From NCBI GenBank assembly GCA_030704615.1, contig CM060733.1:66030001-66094000 (forward strand): a stretch of DNA of 64,000 bases. Reading direction: 5' to 3'. The DNA is from Takakia lepidozioides (lineage: Eukaryota > Plantae > Bryophyta). Positions 35,615-48,368 of the stretch are shown piece by piece; within the stretch, counting starts at the first letter, position 1, and each line of letters starts with the position of its first letter. The position numbers were made by a program, and so were the translations under genes. The notes under the pieces were generated by a model. That model saw nothing but the letters and a program-made list of their open reading frames with translations, did no database searches and was not told the DNA's origin.

Positions 35615-38600
35615 CACTACAACAGATTGCGGCTTTTATGACTCCCATGGGTGCGCAGTCACGACCAATTTGTGGCAGAAATGCCATTTGCAGTCGTAAA
35701 TGCCTTTTGAAGTCATAACATAGATCACGACGAAGCCGGTTATGCGACTGTATGACTCCGAACTTTGCGCAACACAGTTCAAACACCCTTTGACCAGGAA
35801 TATTGCCATGGTGGATATGACTACCAGTCAGGGTCATGCCCATATGTGAATGACGTGTGCATATTGCTAGACGGACATATGACTTCATGACTGCCACTCT
35901 AATGTATTCTGCCAGATCATCACATGTCGTCATGACATAGAGAGTCTGTGACATGGAACAACTTATGAGGTGTCTACATATGATTGGTTAAGTGGCTTTG
36001 ATATTGTGGTGCGGGGGATGCAAGTGAAGGGAACGGTTGCACACGAAGCAGCTTAGTAGGCCGTTGGCGCTTTGTGGTGAAGAATGGAACGTGAAGCCAA
36101 CATGCTAGAGAGGCGATCTGGAACCGCATCTATTTGTGACGTTACGTTCAAATGGCGGCGCGCATTTAGTGTTTGTTGATCGCCGACAACATCAAAAGCA
36201 AGCCTCAATACTGCGGAATGACAGACGAACAAATGATGCATTCAGGGGATAGATAAATTCAATGCAAATCAAAAAATTCACTCATGAGAGTGATGCAAAA
36301 CATGGGCTCAACAAAAGTCTTTGGGCAGTGACCAAGAACACCAACAAAATATGAAATCCAATACACTCTAACATATCGCCTTGTGCATGTCGTCCCTGTA
36401 GTAGGCCATCCCGGAGCTCCACGCCGTGTGCTACTGGAATAGAAGCTTGGCAATACGGTCTGTTCCGATCCACACACTTTGCCATGGGGGGGTTTTCTAA
36501 GAATGGGAGAGCCCATGAATTCAGCTTCTTGTATGATAAACAACTGAGATAACAGCTCATGTTGTTCTCTCTAATGTACATATCCCCAATGACCTGCCCC
36601 AAGCTAGAACAGCAGCAGGATGACATCAAGGAATAATGATGTGGTGCAAGGCATGGAACACCTGCAGGGTAGCAACATTGTAGTGTTGAATGTACTGCAC
36701 CCTGCTTGAGCCATTCACAGATGGGGGACTATACAAGTGAGTCACATGGTGTTAGCTGGGGCATGAGAGAAACTGCCCATAAAATGCATCTACGCAAATA
36801 ACCCACTCAACCAGCCAGAGCATCATCTATGCGGATTGCCAGATTCTTTTGGGGAAAAATGAAAATATGATAAGTAGGGACCAAGCTTAAAAGCACTCCA
36901 TTGGTATTCAATGGTCCATAAACACGAGCCTGCCCAATATAAGACCCACAAAATCATTGGGGCAATTATGTAATGTAAACTAGAAGGCACATGCACTTTG
37001 TCAACAATGTACCCAAAGGCAGAACTGATGTGTAAATTTGCATGCCGTTCCAAAGTCTATAGTGACATAAATGTCATGACACGTTGCCAGACAGACACGC
37101 CATGTAAGTTGGACACCTCCAACACCCTGCAAAAAAGGACACCCCCAAGGGCAACCCTTAGTGCCAGTCTTATGAATCCCACATTATTCATGAATCAACC
37201 GGGATTACATATTCAATTTTGCCCAATACTACCCTTCATATACTTGAGATAGAGGAAGGCAGTTGGGGGGGAAAGTCATACCTCATTCTAGGTACTAGTA
37301 CACATCCACATCAACCAACTCCTCATCACTGGACTCTGAATCTCCATCGCAACTGTCCTCCGTGGGACATGGATGTGCTTCCTTAGATCGCATGTCTCTG
37401 TAAAGTGAAGCAACCTCTTCAGGTGTCACTTGGATGGTCTGGCCCACCCTGTCACTAGCAACATTGGTCTCTTCAATGTGATTGGGGGCTAAGAGGCCTG
37501 ATACACTTGCAATATCATCGTTGCAAATGCTCACATCAGAAACAGCCCTGCGTGACCTGGGGTTTTTTTCCAGCACCACGTTCCATCTCGGTTCATTCAC
37601 ACACTCAGAGAAAAAAACTTGCTCGACCTGTGATGGGAGCACAAAAGGCTGTTCAAGTGGAGGCAACAAGTGGGAGAAATTCACCAATGTGAAGCCTCCT
37701 ACTTCATTGACACAGGCTGAGAGCCCACACGTCGTGCACGTACCCATGAACACAATAGCACCGTGGTGTTTGTGGAGCCATAATCCAATTCTAAAATCTC
37801 CTTTATGACACCCACATACCGTACGCTTTCCACCACCTGCTCACGGTCAATGCAAGTACTGTCATGCTGGAAAACAGTAGAGACCCCCGAGTCATATGTC
37901 ACAAAGGGGCTGTTGAGTCCATCTGAAGTAACCCTGAAGTGGTTTCCATAAGCCGACATGCTCTTGTATGATGTTGCGATTACTGATGGGGGTTTGGACA
38001 TGTCCAACAATTCCTTGCAGGCTGAATCAGTAGCATGGTTGGCAACACCTGACACATGCTGGCGGACTGCTTTTACCAGCCATTCTGCAAAGTGAGGGAG
38101 AGCACGGATCTTGTTCTGGTTAGTAGCATTTTCAGTCTCCAACCTGCATTTCTCCACCTATAGGACCTGCCAACACACGCACAACCACAGAAATTTATCT
38201 AGTGCAACCCCTGCAGCCGATGGAAGAACAACTGCACACACACCTATACAAAGCATACCCATGCATAGCAGGTACCAGAACGTTTGCCACTTACCCCAAC
38301 ATAATGCTCAAACTGGGATGGTTGTGAATGACGTAGTCGTGGACAAGCTGCAACAATTCGAGGGTCAACCTCCGTGGTCGACCAACTCCTTCCAATACCC
38401 AGCCCGACACTGATTCCTCCTCTCCTGCATCCCACACTCTCCGCCTAGTAGCATCAACAGAAGACAAGTACTCTGTACAAAATCCCAATGCCTCGTCAAA
38501 CACGTAGCCCTCCGCCATACTGCCCTCAGGCTTCGCCAAGTTTCGCACATACCCTTTAAAATCCTTCATTGCTCTCTCCACCGGGTACATCCACCGAGAA

Positions 38601-38720
38601 GCTACAGGTCCACACAAATCCACCTCATCCACCAAGTGGATAAGTAAATGTGTCATAACATCAAAAAATGAGGGTGGGAACTCTTTCTCCAGAAGGTGTG
38701 TTTCGCAAGCTTTGTGCAAA
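35615..38720 (-). mobile_element. CACTA element, one end plus the 3' half of its transposase; TSD AAG
   Basis: CACTACAACAGATTGCGGCTTTTA at 35615, preceded by AAG; truncated near 38720. Confidence 0.92.
37295..38719 (-). pseudogene. CACTA transposase (Tnp2/TnpD-type) C-terminal half, DUF4218/DUF4216-like
   Basis: FPPSFFDVMTHLLIHLV..GPVASRWMYPVER..YVRNLAKPEGSMAEGY; YVGVIKEILELDYG; QPFVLPSQVEQVFF. Confidence 0.92.
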
Positions 38721-41181
38721 ATTCATTGATCCCACCGAGCATGAGGAATTGAAGAAGGAGGTGGCAGTGATCCAACATGTATTTGTCACGTAGGAGTTCA
38801 CGGAATTCATTCCAGAAAAGCGAATCGGGGGAAGTACCTTGAATTACGTGGAACCACCAAGTCATGCGGTTGAGCCACACATCCACTACAGGGTCGGAAA
38901 CTTTGAGTGGAAAAGACCACATGGTCCTTATACTCTCCGATGCATTCCAGATCGACAGCCACCGTGTCTGCCATTTCCGATCCAATGTCAGGAGCAGGAA
39001 GAAGAGTGGCTATTGCTAGGAAGGAACTTCAGTGCATTGAAACCTCACCTTCTCTTTCGCCTCCACACATGCCGTTGACAGGTGATGCAGTTTCTCCAAC
39101 TGCATGGTCGGCTGCGTGCCCGAGAATAGTGTTTTGCAATCTCGGGGATGAAGTCCTTTCCAAATGCCGGATCTGCAATGGCCACCAGCTTCACAAGCTT
39201 TGACTTGTATTTGGTTCTGGACTTCACCCCGGCTTCCTTCAAGTGCTCGGTCAATGACTGCAATGTTTTTGTCTGCCCCTCATTTTCCATGAAGAATCGT
39301 TTCGCATGAGCCAAATCCAACTTGATGTTTGACTGCCAAGAAAAACATGCAGAAGCATTACATAGGATCCATGTGGAAAGATGACTAGAAATTGGGGAAG
39401 GATGAGCAAAGGAAAATGGGAGGACGACTTACTTCGTATATCACCTCCACCATTCCATCCATAGTGAGGCGATACCATGTCCGGTCTGTTTTTGCCAGGG
39501 CTTTTTGAATGAGCTCGGGCTCCAGCATTTCGGCGAACATGTGCGGGTCAGTGAGACCAGTTTTCCTCACCCTGTACAGCATATGTGCCATGTGGGTATG
39601 CACGTAAGCATTTTCGTTGACCTTGCAAGGCACACTCTCCAGTTCAGTCCAATGAAGCATGGAAACAAAACTGATTGGAAACCGAAATATGCCTGGGATG
39701 TGCCTGGGAGGGTATGAGAATCTTACGAGTTGAGGTCCGCCATGGAATTCTTGAGCAGGGAGGAGTCTGCTGCCTTCACCTTGAGGATAACACACTCCAC
39801 CATGTAATGCCAGCCAATATGCTTGGAATGGTTCTGCTTGATGTACTCCCACCAGGCAAGAAGTCGGTGATTCCCGTCCCACACAAAAAACATTTTGCCC
39901 GACATATGGCCGAAGTCAAGATCACCCTTTAGCATTGTCTCGAATTTGTCGTTGCGAGTGTGCCAGTGGGTATCCCATGCTGACAATTCATCCGCAGTGG
40001 GTCCACGAGTTTCGCCGTCCTCATTCTCAATGGAAACGTAGAAGGCTGGCGAACCTAGGCGGTACCCTTCTTGAAATGCGAACTTGAGCTTATCCACATC
40101 TCCTAGAAGAGCCTGCCTGACGATGGGAAGGGAGACCATGCGACAGAGTGGAATTCGAAGAGTCCGCTGGAATACCCTGCTGCCCAGAACTCTGCCAATG
40201 CTACTGTGTGTCTCCTCCAACATTGTATCCGCTGCACTTTGGAATTCCTCCGGAGACATTTCTGCAGGTGGCGGTAGGGGCTGAGCAGCTGGAGCATCCC
40301 CAACAACAGCTGAAGTCTGGGGAGTCTTTGCGGACAATTCTTGAATTGTAGAGGCCTCCTCCGGGCCTGCAGCATTCTGAAGGTCTTCCTTAAAGGTGGT
40401 GAAGTGCTGCTGTGAACGTTGAGCAACAGCACCCTCCTCCGCTGACAGATCCACGAAATCGGTCGATCCCGTTGCCTTCGCTGCAGCAGAGAAGCCCCCA
40501 ACATCACATGGCTGGAAATCAAGCAGTAACTGGGCTTCAGCTCGTGGAATCGGTTTTGCGGGAGACTGCTCCAACCTCCCCATGTTTGCCTTCTGCTTCT
40601 TCATTCTTACAGGTGAAGGCGTCTGCTGCATTTGAATCTGCATTACACCCTTCTGCTTCATTCTCTTGGGGGGGGAGGAAACAGCCTGGTCCGGTTCAGA
40701 AACCAGTTCAACGATGGGCTGCTTCTTCTTTGTCTTTGCTGGAGAAGGGCCCGACCCCTGCTGGCGATTCTCCATGACCTTCAAACGCGACTGTTTCTCT
40801 GGGGCTTGGAACTGGAAAACCTTGCCTTTCCAAACCGCGTCCTTGAAACGCACAGGGCTAGGCCCGGCAGGGAGACCCGTGCTCGTGGATTGGCTGGGTG
40901 TGCATGCTGCAGCTAGTTCCACGGATTCTTCATGCGGCTCTTTGGATTCCTGCAATCCCTCCACCACCTCCACCTTTCGAGTTAGGCATGCAAATATCTT
41001 CTGCATTCAAGTGTCCTACCATACAGTCTAAGAATTGAACAACAAAAATGAGGGAGGGTTTTGGTGCTCGATCAGCTGCGCGCATCCCGATAGCACGGAG
41101 CTCTCACTGAAGGCTGGGTTGCCTGCTGCTGCGAGATTACCATCTCCTCCTGAAGACGCATTTGCTTCTCCCCTTCGGCAT
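38721..41181 (-). pseudogene. ParB-like gene, longest 5' portion (copy C; 427-aa open exon plus downstream exons)
   Basis: ORF 39723-41006 with VWDGNHRLLAWWEY...MADLNS; exons NAYVHTHMAHMLYRVRKTG, KYKSKLVKLVAIADP and RWLSIWN...VWLNRMTWWFHV separated by GT-AG introns. Confidence 0.8.
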
Positions 41182-41539
41182 TGGCCTTCGCCCAAAGTAT
41201 AACTTGCGGAGCTTGCGACGATGTTTCTTCTCTGCTGCAGGAACTTCCTCCCTCTCAGGTTGGAGCATAAGAAGAACACAGACGCAGAAAAGGGGCGAAG
41301 AGTGCAGATGGAAAGGGCGCCAGAGGGGTGAATGAGTAGACACGACAAAAGAAGATGAAACGGCGATGATGCACCGCTTGGGTTCAAAAGGCTGGGATGG
41401 AAGTGTCTCCTCATGGACTATGCGTCATTACGAAATTCGAATCGTCAAAGGTACGTCTGCCGTCCGAAAAACAAACATCATTAACCAACGGTCAGGCCCC
41501 GCCGCCTCCTGCCACTTCAGACAGATAGAGTGCAGACAT

Positions 41540-42320
41540 GAAAATGCGGTGCCGCAATTCCGTTGGTCCACGTGTTCACATATCATGGCATTTCCGTTCC
41601 AGCGTCTGATGAGTTAGAGTGAAAATGCAAATGCGGCGCCGCATTTCCGTTAAGTAGCATCCCGAAGGTACACATACCTTACTTGTTGGACGGAAATGTG
41701 CGACTCGGACGGAAATGCGGCGCCGCATTTCCGTTGTGGAATGTCGGAAGGTGTGACTCGTACGGAAATGCGGTGCCGCATTTCACTTCCAGTGGTTCAC
41801 GATTTTCAATCAGAACGGAAATGCGGTACCGCATTTCCGTTCTGGAGAGTATGAAGGTCTCCCCCGGACGGAAACGCGGTGCCGCATTTCCGTCCCACAG
41901 CTCCATGCTTGAGATGCAAAACGGAAATGCGGCGCCGTATTTCCGTCCAACAACAATCGAAAGTAGCACACCGGACGGAAATGCAGAACCTCATTTCCGT
42001 CCACTGGATTCCATTGAAAGAGACCGGACGGAAATGCGGCACCGCATTTCCGTTCTTGCCTATCTAAAGTGTCCCAGTCGATGAAAATGCGTTGTCGCTA
42101 TTATTTTCTACCGTGTATTCCTAGTCCCATTGGTCCTAAATGCGATACCGCATTTCTGTTCCACCATGGGCCTGCTTTTACAATGGACTGAAATGTGGTA
42201 CCGGATTTCCGTTGCACCAGTATTTTGGTTTCCCTGTTGACGGAAATGCGGTGCCGCGTTTCCGATCACAATCAGCTAGAGGATGATGTCAAATTGGGAT
42301 GCAGGACCGCATTCCCATTC
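41540..42320. repeat. Palindrome array (about 13 copies)
   Basis: Direct observation. Confidence 0.92.
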
Positions 42321-42465
42321 AGCCATGTGCAATGGGTTGCATTGTTCCGAAACAACACAATTGCGCGGCTTGTCTTAATGAGCACAACTTGGTTGTCTAA
42401 CTGTTTTAACTAACAGTCCTGGCACTTGTCAGTGCGAACGTTCATGTCTACACCGCGAATACTGT

Positions 42466-43580
42466 TCTCCCTCCCCATTGTCAGGCTCTTCCAGGTGATG
42501 TGGATAAGCTCAAGTTCGCATGTCGAGAAGGGTATCATCTAGGTTAGAGTGAGGACGGTGAAACTAGTCGGCCCACAGCGGAAGAATTGTCAGCATGGGA
42601 TCCCCACTGGCACACTCGCAACAAAGAATTCGAGACAATGCTGAAGGGTGATCCAGACTTCGGGCATATGTCGGGCAAAATGTTTTTTGTCTGGGACGGG
42701 AATCACCGTCTTCTTGCATAGTGGGAGTACATCAAGCATAACCATGCCAAGCAAATTGGCTGGTATTACATGGTGGAGTGTGTCATCCTGAAGGTCAAGG
42801 CGGCAGACTCCTCCCTGCTCAGAAATGCTATGGCGGACCTGAACTCGTAAGATTCTCATCCCCCTCCCATGGGGTCCCAAAATGCGGTGTTGCATTCTTT
42901 TTTCAATTAGTTTTGTTTCCGCCCTTCAGTGGACTGAATTGGAGAGTGGGCCTTGCAGGGTCACAGAAACTGCATACATGCATACCCATATGGCACATAT
43001 GCTGTACAGGGTGAGGAAAACTGGTCTCATCGCCGAACTCCTGGATCCCGAGCTCATTCAAAAAGCCATGGCTAAAACAGACCGGACATGGTATCGGCTT
43101 ACTATGGATGGAATGGTAGAGGTGGTATACAAAGTAAGTTGTCCTCCCATTTTCCTCACCTGATCCTCCCCCAATTTCCAGTCATCTGTCCACATGTATC
43201 GAATGTAATGTTTCTACATGTTGTTCTTTGCAGTCAAAACATCAAGCTGGATTTGGCCCATAACAAACGCTTCTTCATGGAAAGTGAGGGGCAGTCCAAA
43301 ATATTGCAGGCATTGACGGACCACTTGAAGGAAGCCGGGGTGAAGTCCAGAACCAAATACAAGTCAAAGCTTGTGAAGGTGGTGGCCATTGCAGATCCGG
43401 CTCTCAGAAAGGACTTCATCCCCGAGATTGCAAAACATCATTCTCAGGCCATGCAGCCAACCATGCAGTTGGAGAAACTACATCACCTCTCAACGGCATG
43501 TGTGGATTCGAAAGAGAAGGTGACGTTGCACTGGACTGAATTTCCTTTTTAGCAATAGCGACTGTACTTCCTGCTTCTGA
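42466..43580 (+). pseudogene. Internal fragment of the ParB-like gene (inverted relative to copy C)
   Basis: KMFFVWDGNHRLLA*WEY; exons ...MVEVVYK and NIKLDLAH...LEKLHHLSTAC. Confidence 0.8.
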
Positions 43581-45635
43581 ATTTGGTAGTGTAGTGAGAT
43601 AGAATCTGCATCCAATGGAATCCATAGGATCTCTCTTTCCCCTCCATTGGAACATTGGGGTCCTCACCATACACACGCCGCACCGCTGCCCAGTTGGCCT
43701 GAGCGTTGTCTGCCATGAATCCCCTGAAATTGGGCTCTGGCAAACCCGCCCTTGCCATCTGCTCGTTTATGCCCTCCCACAGATGCATCTCCGACTGTGT
43801 GTCCTCCCCTTTCATCTCGCAGATTGCAATCGTCATGAGCCTCTTGGAGTGATAGTCATAAACATGCGCACCCATAGTCACCCACTGATGGTTTGTAATT
43901 CGTTTGATGTGATCAAACATCACCCAAGCATTCGACAAGTTTCCAGTTGTCATGCGAGTGACCAAGTCGACTCCACTCCCAGGCCCACACGTCGACATTT
44001 TAAAAATGTAACAACGATCGGATTCGCTGCCTTGCCCTGGAAACCTGCTACTTGGATGTAGTCATATCCAGTCATTCGTTTCACCTCCAGGATTGAGTGC
44101 ATGTCCGACCCCCGGCCGAACTCCTGCTTGCAAGATACGATGTGATTCCGCACATTCGGACTACAAACGTGCGAGACGGACTCCAACAGGTCAAGCATCT
44201 CCTCTTCGTTCAAGGGCACTCGGTCTGAACCATCTTCAGACATGATTTTGCCAAGAGCAATCTTGTGGGCTGCCTTGAGCTGAATCTGCTTTGGTCTGGC
44301 TCCGGGGCTCATTTTCACCTCCTCTTTTATGATGTCGTGTGCTTCCTGCACAGCCTCCTGTATGTTGCCTCTCGCCAAGGGGTGGCAGTGGACCCCAACG
44401 TGTATGCAAGCTCTAGTCAAGTCCGGGAGCAAATGGATTACGTAATATTGCTTGGCTCTGCACATGGACATGCACGTCGGTGGTTCTTTGCAATGTGCGC
44501 ACTTGAAAGTACCTGCAGGACCTTGGCTGGAGACAATGAATGGATGATGGGTTGTGCCAGTCCAATCCGTCTCGTTTCTCCGCCCTCCTTTGGAGAGAAA
44601 GTGGAAGCAAGCAGGATTGAGGCACCTCAGCTTCCCCGCACAGAGGACGTATCGTACACGAACACCATCAGCAATTTTTGTGCTACTGGTCTTCGTCACA
44701 CACCAGGGGTGTCCGTCATGCTTTTGATCCATGTCTGTTAACATCCCTGAGGCTTTGTTTGACGAAGTAACAGGTGGAAACTCGAAGATGACATTGCCAT
44801 CGACTTTGGGAGGCAGATACGTTACCTTCTTGACTGGAAATTTGGCATAGTCGAGAGCAGCCTGCTCGGAGCGAGAACCATCGAGGTGATGTTGCCGTAG
44901 GAGCTGCACAATGGAGCGGGTTGGAGTTATGCTCAAGGGTACATGCGTAGCACCTACAGAGACGTCCATGTCGGATTTGAACGACCGTGTGGAGGACATG
45001 GGGACCTCAATGCACTCATCTTCCTCATCGGAAATGTCGAATACGTCCACACAAGAAGCTATGGAGGGTCTTGACGGTCCAGGTCGGGAATGATTATCGT
45101 TGCATACCTCTCTGTTGGCAGTGGCCGCCTATCGGTTTCCCGACTCCTTTGTGGATGGTGTGGGCAGCGACTAATTCGGAAAGGGAATGGGCATTCCCAC
45201 AGCTTGGTACAGGATGGTGTCTGATGGGGGTACGTGCCATTCGATTCCGCAACCTCCGTCGTTACCTAGCACGACAATGGCCTCGTCAACCTGTCCAGGA
45301 ACATCATTCCTTTCTTCTTCCAAATAAACTGTGCCCGGTTTGAGCCTGAATTTGGAACAAATGTAAGTTTCAGTCACTCTGCAAAGTCCTCCCTCATTTG
45401 GGATCCAGGCTCTCCCAAGTTGCGGAGGACAACAAACTATAGCGTAGGAATTCAGAGCCATCGAACACCGCACGAAGTTGGCAAGTGCGATGTTCACTAT
45501 AGCGACAGACCAAGGCTCACAGGCACCATGTAAGTGGATCTGCGGAGTCCATCGACGATTGGAAGTCGCACATTGAAGTGGAAAGTATTGTTTCAAGCTA
45601 CATGCATGAAGGTAGGAGGTGTGATTCCATATCCA
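43581..45635 (-). pseudogene. GCM-like/MULE transposase, 5' two-thirds (copy D)
   Basis: 366-aa ORF 43950-45050 with the zinc domain; 43549-43998 with MFDHIKR, FMADNAQANW, GFHWMQ. Confidence 0.88.
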
Positions 45636-45651
45636 CTAAGTATGAATTATA

Positions 45652-45915
45652 TTGCTGATACTGAGGGAGAACCAGAACAGGTTTTTGTTGGATGCGCGCG
45701 AGTATCACGACGATGTCGAGGATCTCCCACCTGGCCTGGAATATCTGCATGTTTTCACGAACCTCACGAATATAGATGTCTTGTATCTTCATGTGCGCCA
45801 TCTCCATCCAGATGCCGGCAATGGTGACTGGACAAATACAGCGCCACTCCTCATTCTGGACCTGTTCTTTCAAGACTCCGTCGCCCGTTTAGTCGATATG
45901 AACACAATGGAATAG
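45652..45915 (+). pseudogene. 3' fragment of orphan ORF3 (diverged copy)
   Basis: REYHDDVEDLPPGLEYLHVFTNLTNIDVLYLHVRHLHPD, with mostly conservative changes relative to the 50153 ORF. Confidence 0.55.
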
Positions 45916-46091
45916 GCATCGGAACGGGGAACCGAAGGAACATTGTGGGGGGTGTTTCAATGATACAGGCCGTGGTGGTCCTGTCCTCTATTTGGGGAGA
46001 ATAGTTTTTTAGAGATGACAGATTTTCGGACTTGTTCCCATCCAGAACAAATAAAATATTTTGGTGAAGTATGGATTTCTCCTGTGAATCG

Positions 46092-48368
46092 TCAAGTCCT
46101 CAGCTTTTTGTAGTTGTCTTTGTGTTGTTGTCCTTGTCTGCCTGAAGTCTGCAAGTTTTTCAATCTTTCATAATCGGACTTCTTCCTGAACATGTGATTT
46201 CTTACTGTCTTACTATTTCGGCATATGTTCCTCGATGTAGAAACGAACATCCCGGACGGAATGCGGCACCGCATTTCCGTCGGCTCTCTTCCAAAGGAAG
46301 AGCCCGGACGGAATTGCGATACCGCATTTTTGTTCCAGCATTTGTTTGGTGAGACAGTGGACGGAAATGCAGTGCCACATTTTCGTTCACACTCAGAGAG
46401 AGGACGAGCTCGAACGGGAATGCGGCACCGCATTTCCGTTCCGGGATGTGCACTGGGATGCTTTGTCTTCGATACAACGGAAATGCGGCCTCTCTTTGTG
46501 AGCACAACTTGGTTGTCTAACCGTTTTAACTAACATTCCTGGCACTTGTCAGTGCGAACGTTCATGTCTACCTCGAGAATATGGCAGGATCTAGCCTTAG
46601 CAAAATCTGTTAGGAGATGGTATTGGTTCGCCGACCCCATCATTGTCATACATCCGCGATATGGAATTGGAGCTCCCACCTTCATGCATGTATCTTGGGA
46701 CATTCTGCTGGACTTCAATGTGCGACTTCCAATCGTCGATGGCCTCCGTAGTTGCAAAAACTTGATGCCCACTGAGCCTTCGTCTCTCATTATACAGAAT
46801 GTCGCACCTGCCAACTTCGTGCGGTGTTCGGTGGCTCCCAATTCCTACGCTATCGTGTGCTGTCCTCCCCAACTTGGGAGAGCCTGGATCTCCAAACAAG
46901 GGAGGACTTTGCAGAGTGACGGAGACTTACATTTGTTCCAAATTTAAGCTCAAACCGGGCACAGTGTATTTGGAAGAAGAAAGGAAGGATGTCCCAGGAC
47001 AGGTTGATGAGATCATTGTCGTGCTACATGCCGACAGAGGTTGCTGAATCAAGTGGCACGTACCCCCATCAGATACCATTTTGTATCGCGCTATGGGAAT
47101 GCCCATTCCGTTCCCGAATCAGTCGGTGCCCACACCATCCACAAAAGAATCGGGAAACCGGCAGGCGGCCACTACCACCAGAGAGGTATGCAACGATAAT
47201 CATTCCCGACCTGGACCGTCACTAGAAGAGAAACCGGCTTTTTCCACGGCTTTTTCCACACTTTTTGCTGTGGAATCAGCCACAGTCCACACCTGCCATG
47301 GGTGTAAGGAACGACTAGTGCTTTTGGACACCCCGTGGACAGCCTGGCTCTCGGGTGGCCCTGTGGAAAAGTCCACGGGTGGCTTTTTCCACGGGAGGCT
47401 TTTTCCATGGGTGGGCTTTTTTCACGGGGTGCATGGTGACATGGCCGCTGACATGGTCGATGACATAGCTGACATGGCAAAGTGTGAAAAAGGCCAGTGT
47501 GGCATGTTTCACGGCGGATTTCACACCTTGAACAAGCCACTATGCCACACGTGTCATATTTCACACCTTCGACAAGTCACTATGCAACACGTGTTCGTTC
47601 CTGTGTGGTGGTACACATTAATTAATTAATTATTTGCTTTCCAATATTAAGTTTGAATATTAATGGATTTAATTTATTATTATTATTATTATTATAGGAA
47701 AAATGGACAGTGGCCTGGATGAGAACATTATTAAATAACAAAATATTGAAATTATGTTCTTAGAAATTATATTTATTCGCTCAGATACCAAAACACACCC
47801 TTTGCAGGGAAGGAGAGTTTGCCTTAGTGTCTATGCTGAGTTGCGTCTCCTACTCTCTGTAATCTAATAGACATTCACCTTTTTCCCTCGGTTGTCCCAC
47901 CCTTGACTGCGGTCAGAAAAACATTCATTCCACAACTTCTCCACATCTGTTACATGTTTCTGGATACTTTCCTATTGTCACTTTGGCAGTATCATGTCAA
48001 AATCACTCTAAACTATGTACCATCTACCCATGCAGGTTTCTTGTAGCTAACCCTCCACAGGGAATCATAAGTAATCTGGAGCTTGAAATCTGGCCCTCTT
48101 GGATGACACTCTAACCCTGCTCCTTCAGCTATCCATGCCTCTGCACAGATCATGCATACATCCTTGCATTGTTGTTAGCAGCTGCCAATGGCAGCCTAGA
48201 TTTGTTCCAGCAAACACCCAACTCAACTTATCACACCAGTTCCTATTCTCAATTGCATCTACCACTCTGTAATCCAAAGGCATTTACCTTCCAAGACGGT
48301 TGTCCCAACATTGACTGGGGTCAGAAAAGTATTCATTCCACAGCTTCTCCTCTCTGTTACCTATTTCT
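46092..48368 (+). repeat. Direct segmental duplicate of 51043-53303 (palindromes, transposase 5' end, CACTA left end at 47220)
   Basis: Identical translated ORFs at an offset of 4951 bp; same CGT|CACTAGAAG junction. Confidence 0.93.
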
